Assembly: GCA_951406725.2 (NCBI GenBank) | Contig: OX597837.1 | Location: forward strand, 36,022,001 to 36,086,000 | Length of the DNA stretch: 64,000 nucleotides | DNA from: Octopus vulgaris | Taxonomy: Eukaryota | Direction: 5' to 3' | In this document: piece after piece, positions 12,370-26,375 of the stretch | Position numbering within the stretch: position 1 is the stretch's first letter | Layout: each line of letters begins with the position of its first letter | Notes under the pieces: generated by a model | What the model saw: only the letters and a program-made list of their open reading frames with translations | What the model was told of the DNA's origin: nothing | Databases searched by the model: none | Program-made: the position numbers and the translations under genes

Positions 12370-13229
12370 AACAGGTAGACAAAGGATGAAAGAGAGAACA
12401 AAGGAGAGATGGAGGGGAAAGAGAGAGCAAGAGAGACAGAGGAGGAGGGAGGGAGGGAGAGAAAGAGAGAGAAAGAGAGAGAAAAAATAAGAGATAAACG
12501 AATAGGTAAATGGATAGATGGACAGGTAAGTTGGTAGATAGATATGCAATTGATAGGTAGATATGTAGGTAGGTGCATAAATAGACAGGTAAGTTGGTAG
12601 GTAGACAGGTAAGTATGTAGGTAGGTTGATAGATAAATAGGTATGTTGGTAGGTAGATTCATAATTAAGTAGCTAGGCAGATAGGTAAATAGACATGAAG
12701 ATAGGTAGAGGGATTGGTAAGTAAGTAGATATACAGGTGAGTCAGTATGTAGACAGGTAAGTCGATAGATAGAGACAAGGAAGGAGAGAGAGAGAGACTC
12801 AAAAAGAGAAAGGAAGAGAGTGACAACTTGAGATGAAGGGAGACAAAGAGAGAGATGGAGGAATGATGCAAAAGACAGACATATGAGAGAGAGAGAGAGA
12901 AGACAAAGAGATGAAGAGTGTGTCAGAGAGAGAGAGTGTGTCAGAGAGAGAGAGAGAGATAGGGGAGAGCGACAAAGAGAAATAAAAGGAGACAGAGAAA
13001 GACAGAGAAGAAGAGAGAGAGAGAGAGAGAGAAAGAGAATAAACAGGAAATAAAAAGACAGAGAGGAAGAAGGAAATAGTGAGAGGGAGAAAGGGAGAAA
13101 GAGGGAGGCAGAGAAGAATATAGAGAAAGAAGGAGAGAGAGAGAGAGAGAGAGAGAGAAAGCAAGGAAGAAAGAAAGCAGAGAGGAATAAAGACAGAGAT
13201 AAGGCGAGAGACAGAAAGAAAGTCATTTG

Positions 13230-13327
<98 letters not shown>

Positions 13328-13372
13328 CAGACCAAAAATAAACCATTAGACAGACAGACTGACAGACAGACA
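12370..13372. repeat. Polypurine (GA)n / (TAGR)n low-complexity tract
   Basis: About 1 kb purine-rich strand; source of the 387-aa SL-rich pseudo-ORF. Confidence 0.95.
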
Positions 13373-13827
13373 GCTCTAGGGTTTTAAAGTGTGACATGAA
13401 CATGCAGAGGCTCAAATGACATTTCACTGGCAGAACAGTCTGGCACCTCTCCCTCTGCCTGCTACCCCCCATCCACACATGCCCACCTCTCACTACTCTA
13501 CATCAGTGATACCTTACCTCCACATACCACCACCACCACCACAACAACGAGCCACACCCTCTCAACACCTTCCCCACCTTCTCTTCAACCACTGCCACCA
13601 CCACTGCATTCATGCTGCCTCGTTATCTGGGGCTCGTTGGAGGGTTGATGGCCTCCACTGCCTAATTAACCCTCCCCACATCATCTCAGTTACCCACCCC
13701 CATCTCAACCACCCAACTATCCACCCAGATATCTCTGACATTTTGGTATTTCTAAGCTTAAGATGACTTCATTTGTCTCTCATTTATTTTGGGATGGAAG
13801 GATATTATTTATATATATATATATATA

Positions 13828-14013
13828 GGCACTGGAATAGCTGTGTAAGCTTGCTTACCGAACACATGGTTCTGGGTTCAGTTCTACTGCATGGCACCTC
13901 GGGCAAGTGTCTTCTACAACAGCCTTGGGCTAACCAAAGTGTTGTGAGTGAATTTGGTAAACAAAACCTGAAAAAGCCCATTGCGTGTGTCTCTCTCTCT
14001 CTCTCTCTCTCTC

Positions 14014-14056
<43 letters not shown>

Positions 14057-14280
14057 GTGTGTGCGTGTCTTTTGTCTGTGTTTGTTCCCTGCCACTGCTC
14101 GACGACAGCCAGTGTTGGTGTGTTTACATCCCTGTAACTTAGCAGTTTAGCAAAAGAAACCAGTAGAATAAGTACTAGGCTTACAAAGAATAAGTCTGGG
14201 GTTGACTTGACTAAAAATCCTTCAAGGTGGTACTGTAGCATGGCCACAGTCAAATGACAGAAATGAGTGAAAGAATAGAA
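13828..14280 (+). mobile_element. SINE family A
   Basis: Family consensus with expanded central (CT)/(TA) microsatellite. Confidence 0.85.
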
Positions 14281-14337
14281 GATTATATATATATGCTTGC
14301 ATGTGTGTATACATATATACTGTTATACTGTGTGTGC

Positions 14338-14370
<33 letters not shown>

Positions 14371-14958
14371 GTTTGTTATAATGTGTGTGTGTATATGTAT
14401 ATATATTGTTTGTTATACTATGTGCTCTGTGCCTGATGACTGATGGGATGTTACACGTGATAATTCATTATTTGGCATGTTCTTCACATAAGAAACTACT
14501 AACAGCCCCTAAAAACATGTATTGTGTCTTGACACAAAATCCCCTCCTCCAGTGCTCCATCCCTTCTGAAAAACTCTTTGTCTTGCAAAGTTACTTGGTA
14601 ACCCTGCCAATGCTGGTGCCACATTAAAAGCATCCATTCCACACTGTAAAGTGGTCAGCATTTGGAAGGGCATCCAGCTGTAAGAACCACACCAAAACTG
14701 ACCTTACCAGTGCTGGGGCCACGTAAAAAGCACTGAGCCCACTCTGTGGGATGGTTGGGGTTAGGAAGGGCATCCTGCTGTAAAAATCATGTTGAAACAG
14801 ACACAGAAGCATGGCACAGGCTCCTGTTTGACCAGCCCCTGTCAAACCATCAAACCCATGCCAGCATGGAAGGAGGACATTAAACGATGATGATGATGAT
14901 TATGTATGTGTGTGAATATATATATATATATATATATACATACACACACACACACATA

Positions 14959-15506
14959 CTGGGTGGCCCAGAAGTAGGTTTACAGTTATCACGTAAGCAC
15001 TTCAAATTTCTTTTAAAACATCTTATTACATTTAAATTTCTATCTTACAATTAACTAATAAGACTCCGCCGGTTACGACGACGAGGGTCCCAGCTGATAC
15101 GATCAACAGAACAGCTTGCTCGTGAAATTAACGTGCACATGGCTGAGCATTCCACAGACACGTGTACCCTTAACGTAGTTCTCGGGGATAATCAGCGTGA
15201 CACAGAGAGTGACAAGGCTGACCCTTTGAAATACAAGTACAACTCATTTTTGCCAGCTGAGTGGACTGGAGCAACGTGAAATAAAGTGTCTTGCTCAAGG
15301 ACACAACGCGTCGCCGGGAATCGAACTCACAACCTTACGATCATGAGCCGAATGCCCTAACCACTAAGCCACGCGCCCTCACTAATTAACTAAATTTACA
15401 TAGAATAATGGTTTCATATTCTTTTTATAATTGAGATCTAAACTGTTAATATATGAATGTGAAAGAGATAGTTGAATGACTGTAAAACTACTTTTGGGCC
15501 ACCCTG
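14959..15506. mobile_element. Tc1/mariner MITE with nested SINE
   Basis: 28-bp TIRs CTGGGTGGCCCAGAAGTAGGTTTACAGT / ACTGTAAAACTACTTTTGGGCCACCCTG; TA on the left flank. Confidence 0.85.
15061..15380 (-). mobile_element. SINE family C (OR2-like), young full-length copy
   Basis: Head GGGCGCGTGGCTTAGTGGTTAGGGCATTCGGCTCATGATCGTAAGGTTGTGAGTTCGATTCCC; flanking direct repeat AATTAACTAA. Confidence 0.9.
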
Positions 15507-15530
15507 CATGTGTGTGGGTGTGTATATATA

Positions 15531-15564
<34 letters not shown>

Positions 15565-16335
15565 AAGCACCATCCGTCCATGGCCGTTTGCCAGCTCCGT
15601 CTGGCACCTGTGCGGGTGGCATGTAAAAAGCACCCACTACACTCGTGGAGTGGTTGGCGTTAGGAAGGGCATCCAGCCGAAGAAACACTGCCAGGTCAGA
15701 CTGGGCCTGATGCAGCCTTCTGGCTTCACAGACCCCAGTTGAACCGTCCAACCCATGCTAGCATGGAAAGCGGATGCTAAATGATGATGATGATGATGAT
15801 GTATGTATATACTTTATTAAAGTGCAGCAAAGATATCTAAAATTTTTGCTTAGAGCTTTTGTGATATTTTTGCTGCTTTTTAATAAAGCATATTACTCTA
15901 CCTCTGGTATTCGAGTACTATTTTTCCCCCATCTTGTTTTGCATTTATGTGCTTACTCTTGTATATATGCATATATAGTTATGGTATATTCTGTTAAGAA
16001 AATAGTAGAGTACAGTATGAAGCTCGTCCACCTTCAGTGCTTTCCAGTAGTGGTATTATACGTACTTCCAGGTTTGCGTTTAGGCTTCTGTCGTATGTGA
16101 ATAGATAACAGAGAGGGTTGGAGTCAGTAAGAAGGAGTAGAGTTGGACATTTACTTTTAATCAATACAATTGTTACTCGACAACGTTGTTCTGCAGGTTG
16201 CAGGTACTTGGTTATGCAACCAGGAGAATTACGTTGCATAGAAACAAATGTAATGATTGGAAACAAATGCCCTACCGCACTCCTTGCTAACTTCCAATTC
16301 TTTCAATTATATATATATGTGGATATATGTATGGA

Positions 16336-16780
<445 letters not shown>

Positions 16781-16952
16781 TACTCGCCACTACACATTCA
16801 AAACAAGTTTATTTCAGATATTCTCATTTTAAAAATCATCTCTGGCTAATCATAGAGAGGACTTTGGTGTTGCCTTGGTGGAAGTTTGCGCTCTCTGAGT
16901 GCTTATTATTTTTATTATCATCATCATTATTATTATTATTATTACTATTATA

Positions 16953-17610
16953 AGGTGGTGGGCTGGCAGAATCGTTAGCACACCAGGTGAAATGCTTAGC
17001 GATATTTCATCTGCCTTGAAGTTCTGAGTTCAAATTCTGACAAGGTCGACTTTGCCTTTCATCTTTTCAGGGTCTATAAATTAAGTGAACCACTGCGATT
17101 GAAATAATCGACAAGTCCCCTCCCCTCAGATTCAGGCCTTGAGCATTTAGTAGAAAGGATTATTATTGTTGCTATTATTATTTTCTACTCTAGGCACAAG
17201 TCCTGAAATTTTGGGGTAGGGGGCCAGTCTGTTAGATCAACCCCAGTATGCAACAGGTACTTAATTTATCGAGCCCGAAAGGATGAAAGGCAAAGTCGAC
17301 TTCGGCGGAATCTGAACTCAGAACAAAAAGACAGATGAAATACTGCCAAGCATTTTGCCTGGCATGTTAATGTTTCTTATTTTTTTACTGCCAACAAGGG
17401 GCTACACACAGAGGGGACAAACAAGGACAGACAAAGGGATTAAGTCGATTATATCGACGTCAGTGCGTAACTGGTACTTATTTAATCGACCTCGAAAGGA
17501 TGAAAGGCAAAGTTGACTTTGGCGGAATCTGAACTCAGAACATGAAGACAGATGAAATACCGCCAAGCATTTCTCCTGGCATGCTAACGTTTCTGCCAGC
17601 TTGCCACCTT
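16953..17610. mobile_element. Opposed family D SINEs (16953-17160 +; 17183-17610 -, internally duplicated)
   Basis: Consensus motifs on opposite strands separated by a short (TAT)n tract. Confidence 0.85.
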
Positions 17611-17800
17611 CTCTTATTGTTATTAAGCAAGAATACTATAGATAGTGACAGTCCAACCATGGCTTAACAGACTGAAACTTCAAAGTCACTATTAATAATA
17701 TTCTTGTTTAAGAAGAATAAATTTGTACTCTACAGAAGCAAAAAGTAACCCATCAGGTTAATACAAAATTCTATTTTAACTGAACTTAAAAAACAAACAT

Positions 17801-17837
<37 letters not shown>

Positions 17838-18548
17838 ATTATCATTTAATGACGTAATTGTTTCCTCATTTCATTTGACCTCGGAAAATAAATTCTTATC
17901 AAATTTGGTAAATGTTTTCACAGTGGCCTCTGCAGTTCTGGCAGCACTGGTGAGGAACAGCATGACACCAGAGACAACCACCCACCCCACACCATGCACA
18001 CATCACACACCGTGACATACACCACTGGCAAGTGGAACATAAACATAAAATCTCAGCTCACATCCTATGACTCACCCGGCATCTCTAAAATATCATTTCA
18101 CATGGTGGGTGACATTTTCAACATTTTTGTTTCTGCCAAACAACAAGAACAATGAGAACAACAAAATACTTGGCCAAATGGAGAAGCAGTGAAAATGGTG
18201 AAACTGTGAAGGTAAGTGGCTCAATGGTTAGGGTGTTCGGCTCACAGTTGTAGGGTCATGAGTTTGATACCAGGTGGCACTTGTGTCCTGGAGCAAGACA
18301 TTTTATTTCACCTTCCTCCAGTTCATTCAGAGGGGAACTTTCTATGGGCAATCCCATGGTCATTCATGATCAAAAGGGGGTCTTTTCCCTTTTTATATGC
18401 ATGTGTGTGTGTATGTATATATATATATATATGTATGTGCATGTATATATATATATGCATGTGCATGTATATATATATATATATATGTGCATGTATATAT
18501 ATATATATATATATGTATGTGCATATATATATATATATATATATATGA

Positions 18549-18585
<37 letters not shown>

Positions 18586-18609
18586 AAAAATATATATATA
18601 AAAAAAAAT

Positions 18610-18714
18610 ACAAAAATGGGACAAGAACGCAAAACACTCAAATAGACGACACAAAAAACGGACATGTCATTCGAAGCCTCTAATTTCGGCTGATTAATTT
18701 TGAGATCGCTCCGA
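18610..18714 (-). mobile_element. Internally deleted copy of the Penelope-LTR-like family at 55300-55540
   Basis: Shares GGACAAGAACG..CATTCGAA and AATTTCGGCTGATTAAT..TGAGAT, but lacks the TCTTCAGTCAAGA segment. Confidence 0.75.
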
Positions 18715-18898
18715 TACACACATGTATGTGTGTGTATGTACATGAGTGTGTATGTGTGTATATGTGTGTGTGTGTATATGTGTGTGTGTATATATGTATG
18801 CGTGTATATGTGTGTGTGTGTATATATATATATATACGTATATAACATGTATATGCATACATACAGGCATATACACACACATATATATATATGTGTGT

Positions 18899-19210
18899 GG
18901 AGGTGCATGGCTTAGTGGTTAGGGCCTTCAGCTTACGATTGTAAGGTCGTGAGTTCGATTCCTGAGGGTGCATTGTGTTCTTGAGCAAGACACTTTATTG
19001 CTGCAGTCCATTCAGCTGTCAAAAATGAGCTGTACCTGTAATTCATAAGGGGCCAGCCTTGTCACATCCTGTGTCATATGGAATCTCTCTGAGAACTATA
19101 TTAAGGGTACGAGTGTCTGTGGAGTACTCAGCCACTTGCATGTTAATTTCACGAGCAGGTTGTTCTGTTGATTGGATCAACTGGATCTCGTTATGGTAAG
19201 CAACGGAATG
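18899..19210 (+). mobile_element. SINE family C
   Basis: GGAGGTGCATGGCTTAGTGG..GAGTTCGATTCC..TTGAGCAAGACACTTTATT. Confidence 0.87.
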
Positions 19211-19576
19211 AGAAATGGTAGAACGCTTAAGCAAGATATTTTTGGCGCTGTGTTCTTTATGTCTCTGTTAGCGTTACCATGCTTTACATTTTTGGTTCTG
19301 ATATTGTCCCAAGGGGGCAGCAAGGACGATAAAATATGAGAAATTGAAGAGAGAAGGTGAGAGAGAGGGAAAGAGGAAGTGCTGAAGAATGGTAACAACA
19401 AAGAATACAAAATGGTATTACTGGAAAATACAACAAAAACAAAGCAAAATAAATAAATAACAAACAAACAGGACAATTGTGAGAAGAAGGTGAAAGGATG
19501 AACTGAGGAATGGAATATTTGAAGAAGAACAGGAGAGAAGACTGGAAGGGATAAAGACAAATATAAATTTTATATA

Positions 19577-19745
19577 GGCGCAGGAGTGGCTGTGTGGTAA
19601 GAAGCTTGCTTCCCAACCAAATCGCAGTTTGGTTTCAGTCCCACTGCATGGTACCTAGGGCAAGTGTCTTCTTCTATAGCCTCAGGCCAACCAAAGCCTT
19701 GTGAGTGGATTTAGTTGATGGAAACTGAAAGAAGCCTGTCGTGTG

Positions 19746-19784
<39 letters not shown>

Positions 19785-20260
19785 TAGGAGAGTTTAGGAA
19801 ATAAACAAAAGATGAAGACAGGTGGTGTAGAAAACACACAGATGTATTAGTATAATGCTCGGGAATTAAAAAAGTCTTTTATGTTTTGAGCCTACGCTCT
19901 TCCACAGAAAAGAAAACAGAAAGAAACATGGAGAGAAACAAGGAGAGAAAAAAAATGTGTATAGTGGCTACCGATCTATCATGGTGACTCAAATATATAT
20001 ATATATATATATATATGCAAATATGTATATATATATATATGTATGTATATATTTATGTGAGTGCACCTTTGCATCTGTCCCCACCACCATTGCTTGACAA
20101 TTGATGTTGGTGTGTTTATGTCCCCATAACTTAGTGGCTCAGCAAAGGAGATCGATAGAATAAATTCTAAGCTAACAAAGAACAAGTCTTTGAGTCAATT
20201 CCTTTGACTAAAAAACCCTTTAAAGCAGTGCTCCAGCATGAACGAGACAAGTAAAAGAAT
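19577..20260 (+). mobile_element. SINE family A interrupted by a Penelope-LTR-like insert (about 19785-19990, minus)
   Basis: 5' half 19577-19744 and 3' half about 20060-20260; the insert matches 46885-47110 and carries a CpG-decayed hammerhead at 19875-19912. Confidence 0.82.
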
Positions 20261-20792
20261 ATGTGTATACATACACACATATGCATATATACACATGCAT
20301 ATACATACTATACACACAGACTGTATATAACAGGACAAATGACAACTGCAAGAAATTATTAAGATTGGAAGGAGAAAAACAAATGAAAAAAATTCTTAAT
20401 AAAGAAATACACAAAGAATTTTGAAAGACACACAGACGCCTACACACACACACACACACACCTACGTGCGCACACACACACACACACCTACACACACACA
20501 CACACACACCTACACACACAAATGAAATCAAATAAAATCCAGCGGACATTCAATGGGATTGAAGAATTAATTGAAGTGTGGGTGTCTTTGAAGAACGGTA
20601 GAATTGAAGAAACAAGAATTAGGAGAGAAATTGAAGGCTGGCTGGCGCAAGTGTGTGGAATGGTAGGAAGAAAGAACAATGAAGAGAGGAAGAATTAAAA
20701 ATCTGGAATTAATCTGAGGGAAATGAAATAAAATTGGCAGTTCTTATAAATTGGGAAGATTTCAATTTAAGACATCGCCAGAATGGAGAATC

Positions 20793-21505
20793 TGGGTAGG
20801 TGGATCTTCAGGAATAAGCATGGAATTTTTTTTTTGGTTAGAGGAGGTGGAACTATAATTACAGGAGATCAATGATTTAAGCATCTTGTGCCAGAAAAGT
20901 GAAGTGAGGAAATAATGCGGAGGAGGAGTAAAATGGTAAGAGTTTCCAAGATAATTATTAGATAAACAACAATATGGCAGGTTGTTTTAAAGAATTTGCT
21001 CTGTGTATGGTACCATCATCATCATCATCATTCAATGTCCATTTTTCAATGTGTGCGTGGGTCAAATGGAATTTGTTGGGTTAGATTTTTCTTTTTCCCT
21101 ATGGCTGGATGCTCTTCCTGTTGCCAATCCTTACCTGTTTCTGGGTTAGGTAATATTTTCCCAGGACTAGGCGTGTTTTTCATGGGTAGGTGGATCTTCA
21201 GGAATGAGCATGGAATATTTTTTTTGGTTGAGGAAATAATGGTGAGGAGTAAAATGGTAAGAGTTTCCAAGATAATTATTAGATAAACAACAATATGGCA
21301 GGTTGTTTTAAAGAATTTGCTCTGTGTATGGTACCATCATCATCATCATCATTTAATGTTCACTTTTCCATGTGTGTGTGGGTCAAATGGAATTTGTTGG
21401 GTTAGATTTTTTTTTTTTCCTATGGCTGGATGCTCTTCCTGTTGCCAATCCTTACCTGTTTCTGAGTTAGGTAATATTTTCCCATGACTAGGTGTGTTTT
21501 TCATA
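20793..21505. repeat. Local tandem duplication (about 390 bp and 320 bp copies)
   Basis: GGGTAGGTGGATCTTCAGGAAT at about 20794 and 21184; the second copy has an internal deletion. Confidence 0.92.
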
Positions 21506-22119
21506 GGAGATTGGAAATGAAAGGGGAAAAAAAACCCAGAATATTGCCTGTATGCTGGTCAGGCAACACTGACAGCTATCATGTGATGTCAAGATAAGGA
21601 GATAGTAACACACACATACATGTATGCATAAATATGCAGCCATGCATAAATACACACACACACACATACACATGCAAGTGCATATAAACACACACATGCA
21701 GGTACGCATAAATACATGCACACACACACACATGCAGGTATGCATAAATACACACACACACACACACACAGGTACGTATAAATACATGCACACACACACA
21801 TGCAGGTACACATAAATACACACATACACAAACACACAGGTACGTATAAATACATGCATACACACACACACACACACACACATTATCTTAATATGAATGT
21901 GAGTGATGTTTCTCTGTTCGTTATGTTTTTATGTTCGTTAACTCTTCCTAGACCGTTGGTGCAAGGACAACGAAACTCAAACCAGCAACTCCCCTAATCC
22001 CAGGCAATGTCCTAAGGGGGTCTATTTTTTAAGGGCTGCCTACTGACCCCACACAACAACACGAGGACGTGGAACAAATATAGTATTATTGGACGCTCAG
22101 GAAAGAAGGGAAGAAGGAG

Positions 22120-22155
22120 GGTCTAACGTTTCGAGCGGAGCTCTTCGTCGGAAAC
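22120..22155 (-). ncRNA. Minimal type I hammerhead variant (CCGACGA core) in a Penelope-LTR-like insert
   Basis: GTTT CCGACGA A GAGC tcc GCTC GAAA CG TT AGAC; palindromic ACGT stem III. Confidence 0.65.
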
Positions 22156-22251
22156 ACAGGAGAAGGAAAGATCCACAGAAGGGAAGACAGAGGAAAAAAA
22201 AAAATCGCCAACGGTACACATGCGGTCACATTTTGAATGACCAGAAGGAAA

Positions 22252-22296
<45 letters not shown>

Positions 22297-22419
22297 TAGT
22301 CTTGCAGTTGCCCCAAACACCATCTTAATAAATGACAAATTTGTACTAAATTCTTCATTATTTTGAAGATTACTTGAAACAAAGGCAGCGGATTTCAGCA
22401 TCAATATGGTAACAATTGG

Positions 22420-22790
22420 TTTAAATATAAAATGAAGCGCCAGCACAGCTACGGTAAAAGCATTGGAGGGCATTGACTTTTTGTAAAAGGAAAGTTCCAA
22501 CCATCACGTTATTTTTTTTTTCCTTTTTCATGTCTGGAATAATGTTCTTTGAGCATTTCTGCTTTTGTAGAATAGATTTTCCATCCAATACCAAGGTATT
22601 TCTAACGTGTGTTACTTTAAATAGATTCCAATTTGGAAAATGGTTCCATCATGTTTAAATATCAGGTAAAACCAAATATTTCCTTGAGCTAAATTCTAAC
22701 CCTACATCAGCTGAAAATGTTAGCAAATCCAGCTGTTTTCTCAGAAGCAGCCTTGATATTTCCAGTGTAGATCTAAAGATCATTAATATA
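22420..22790 (-). pseudogene. Decayed R4/Dong-type LINE reverse transcriptase fragment
   Basis: Frameshifted motifs YINDL (cf. YMDDL), QLDLLTFSADVGLEF (cf. FS.DIGM.FG), KYLGI and NAFTVAVL occur in the expected order. Confidence 0.75.
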
Positions 22791-23037
22791 CCTGCATACA
22801 TACATGTATATGTGTGTGTGTGTGTGTATGAACATGTGTGTGGGTGTATAGCTTTTATCTTTTACTTGTTTCAGTCATTGGACTGCAGCCCTGCTGGGGC
22901 ACTGCCTGGAAGGGTTTTAGTCAAAGAAATCAACACCAGTTGATTATTTTTATTTTTAAAGTCTGGTATTTGATCTATCGATCTCTTTTGCCAAACCAGT
23001 AAGTTATGAGAACGTAAACAAACCAACATATTGTCAA

Positions 23038-23071
<34 letters not shown>

Positions 23072-23278
23072 TGTGTGTCTGTCTGTGTCTGTGTGTGTCT
23101 GTGTGTGCGTGTGTGTGTATGTGTGTGTGCGTGTGTGTGCGCGTGTGTGTATGTGTGTGTGTGTGTGCGCATGTGTGTGTGCATGTGTGTGTGTGTCTGT
23201 GTGTGCACGCGTGTGTGTGCGTGTGTGTGTGTGTGCGTGTGTGTGCGTGTGTGTGTGTCTGTGTGTGTGTGTTTTTGA

Positions 23279-23935
23279 AGGTTATGTGGTGCAGTGGTTA
23301 GAGCATCACGTTCACAATCACATGGTAGTGAGTTCAAATCCCGGACTGGGCTGTGTGTTGTGTTCGTGAGCAAGACACTTTATTTCACGTTGCTCCAGTT
23401 CACTCAGCTGGCACAAACAAGTTGTACCTGAAATTCAAAGGGCCAGCCTTTTCCTATTCTCTGTTATGCTGAATCTCCCCAAGAACTACATTAGGGGTAT
23501 GCATCGTGTCTGTGGAATTCTCAGCCACTCGTACATTAATTTCACAAGCAGGCTGTTCAGTTACAAACATCAACTGGAGCTCTCATCATTATAACCGATG
23601 GAGTGCCAGTATATATATGTGTGTGTATGTATGTTATTTGTAAGGAGGTGCAATGGCCTAGTGGTTTGGTCGGAGGATCGCAGCTTCTATTCCCAGACCA
23701 AGCGTTGTGCATGTTTATTGAGCGAAGACACCTAAAGCTCCACAAGGCTCCAGCAGAAGGTGGTGGCGATCCCTGCTGTACTCTTTCGCCACAACTTTCT
23801 CTCACTCTTTCTTCCTGTTTCTTGAGTAATGCTGCGATGGACTGGTGTCCCATCCAGCTGGGGGGGGGGGGGACACATACGCCACAGAAACCAGGAAACC
23901 CGGCCCATGAGCCTGGCTAGGTTTGAAAAGGGCAC
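23279..23935 (+). mobile_element. Adjacent SINEs: family C (23279-23608) and family B (23645-23935)
   Basis: tRNA-like heads and family bodies. Confidence 0.83.
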
Positions 23936-24214
23936 ATAAATAAAAAAAAAAAATGTTATTTGTAATATGTATGTGTGAGTATGGTGATCTCATATCAAGA
24001 TAAACAGAGCATGACCTTGCAGGTGGGGCCCAGTTAGAATTTTCTTCAGGTCGAGTAGTCCATCTCACTCAAAAGGTCCCTTAAGGTTTGTTTTAAGGAT
24101 GTTGAACAAAACACCCATGTTTCCAGAGATGAATTATCCAAACCCCAAAGAATTCCTCTCAACACATGGCTACGATACTCCCTCACTACTTCTGCTCGTG
24201 ATTGGTAGAACTAC

Positions 24215-24355
24215 CCAAACTGCCCTTCGTGGCACGACAAATGCAGAGACTGTCAAACCAGGTTCCAGAGGGTGCTTTGCAGCATGCAAGACAAGATGGT
24301 GGGAGCAGAAAGCTGAAGAAGTGCGGCTCTATGCTGACACCAGAAACTCCAAAGT
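24215..24355 (+). pseudogene. RTE-clade LINE ORF fragment
   Basis: FQRVLCSMQD (frameshift) RWWEQKAEEVRLYADTRNSK resembles the RTE linker pattern vQr.LR.Mqd.WW..KA.EiQ.yAD..n.K. Confidence 0.75.
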
Positions 24356-24594
24356 TCTAAATAAAGAGAAATATTTATGGCTGATGCCATTGAAAACCAT
24401 TGACTCAGGTTTACTGTTTATATCGGAGTTGATGGGGACTTTGAATTTCATCTTGACAGCCCATATTTTCTATAGGTATCTATGTCTTGAACCAGCATGT
24501 GCGTGTGGGGTGTGTGTGTGTAGAAGATGGATAGTTATGTGTGTGTACATATGTGTGTGGTGTGTATCAGTGTTTGTGCGTGGATATGCATGTG

Positions 24595-25318
24595 AAGGCG
24601 TGTGGCTTACTGGTTAAGGCATTCAGCTCACAATCGTAAAGTCCTGAGTTCAATCCCCAGTGACATGTCTCCTTGAGCAAGACTTACTCTCTCTCTTTCT
24701 CTCTTTTACTTGTTTCAGTCATTTGACTGCGGCCATGCTGGAGCACCACCTTTAATCGAGCAACTCGACCCCCGGGACTTATTCTTTTGTAAGCCCAGTA
24801 CTTATTCTATCAGTCTCTTTTGCCGAACCGCTAAGTAACGGAGACATAAACACACCAGCATCGGTTGTCAAGCAATGCTAGGGGGACAAGCACAAACACA
24901 CAACACACATATATATATATATATATACATATATACGACGGGCTTCTTTCAGTTTCCGTCTACCAAATCCACTCACAAGGCATTGGTCGGCCCGGGGCTA
25001 TAGTAGAAGACACTTGTCCAAAGTGCCACGCAGTGGGACTGAACCCGGAACCATGTGGCTGGTAAACAAGTTACTTACCACACAGCCACTCCTGTGCCTT
25101 CTTTTTTTTTTTTCACGTTGCTCCAGTTCACTCAGCTGGCAAAAATGAGTAGTACCTGTAATTCAATGGGGCCGGCCTTGTCACATTCTGTGTCATATTG
25201 AATATCCCTGAGAGCTACATTAAGGGTATGCTTGTCTGTGGAGTACTCAGCCACTTTCACATTGATTTCACAAGCAGATCAACTGGAATAACTTGTCATC
25301 AACACTGACAGAGTGCCA
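24595..25318. mobile_element. Family C SINE (+) split by a young family A SINE (24700-25099, -)
   Basis: C head ends TTGAGCAAGAC at about 24683 and resumes TTTCACGTTGCTCCAG at about 25110. Confidence 0.87.
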
Positions 25319-25516
25319 GATTTTCTTTGTGGAGGAGTGTGTGCATGTGTGTATGCATGCATGCATGTGTGTGTATTTGTGCATGCATGTCATGTGTGTT
25401 AGCTGTGTTGTGTGCATGTGTGTTAATTGCTTTGTGTGTATATATGTTGTGTGTGTGTGCGTTGTGTGTGTGTGCATTGTGTGTGTGTGTATGTGTGTTG
25501 CGTGTGTGTGTGTGTG

Positions 25517-25559
<43 letters not shown>

Positions 25560-26056
25560 TTGTGTGTGTGTGTGTGTTTTGCATGTGTGTATGTGCATTG
25601 CATGTGTATGTATGTCTGTTGTGTGTGTGTATGTGTGTTGTATGTGTGTGTGTGTGTGCATGAGGGAGTATATGTGTGTATGGTACGTATGTATGGCTAT
25701 ACTTATGTATGTGTCCATGTGTGTGGGCCATAACAATGCCCACCACTCCTGTTTGGAGTTCCTCATTTCCTCTCAACAAAGAGGCAATAGAGATTACTAC
25801 ACAGACAAACTGTCAGGAAAACAACATTCTTCCCCCCCCCCCCCCGACTACCAGACGGAAATTATTCTCCAAACTCTCCACACACTGTACTGCACACACA
25901 CACACAAACCCACTGACCTCCCCCCACACTAAAAGATATTCTCTCACACACACCCAAGCTGTGTGTGTGTGTGTGTATAGAGAGAGAGAGAGAGAGAAGG
26001 ACACACAAATATCCATATACACATACAAATGATAGTCATACATACATAACCACTGA

Positions 26057-26108
<52 letters not shown>

Positions 26109-26309
26109 CGTGTGTGTGTAGAGAGAGAGAAAAAGAGAGTGTCAGCTTCTATTGGGGAAGTTGCAAGAAGCAATGAAAATTTTAAACAATAAACATGTAA
26201 ATGAGAGGAAATCTAACTGGTGAGTGTGTTAATTAACAAGGTAATTAAAACAGAATGGTTCTTCCCAGACACAATAAAACACAACCAAAACAAAAGTCTC
26301 GTACACCTC

Positions 26310-26365
<56 letters not shown>

Positions 26366-26375
26366 TATATATATA

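Noticed and set aside
15310-15380. tRNA gene calls for SINE heads (also 2059, 57033, 59620)
   Set aside because: A/B boxes continue into SINE bodies; no complete cloverleaf or terminator.
16019-16040. Resemblance of GAAGCTCGTC to the miR-993 3p start
   Set aside because: Only the first 10 nt match and no precursor hairpin is evident.
18077-18133. Minus-strand exon candidate with good acceptor and GTGAGT donor
   Set aside because: Stop codons in all three frames; no other support.
18660-18714. Permuted hammerhead in the sister copy of the 55.4-kb element
   Set aside because: A deletion removes the CUGAAGA strand and most of the stem III partner.
24035-24172. Possible third A-C-B permuted hammerhead (minus: CCATGT/ACATGG, GTTGAG/CTCGAC, CTGAAGA)
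   Set aside because: No unpaired H17 nucleotide between stems III and I and no stem II pairing next to GAAA; worth revisiting only if the family consensus differs.
24099-24617. 172-aa ORF as a host gene
   Set aside because: Chance fusion of an antisense repeat, an RTE fragment and microsatellite.
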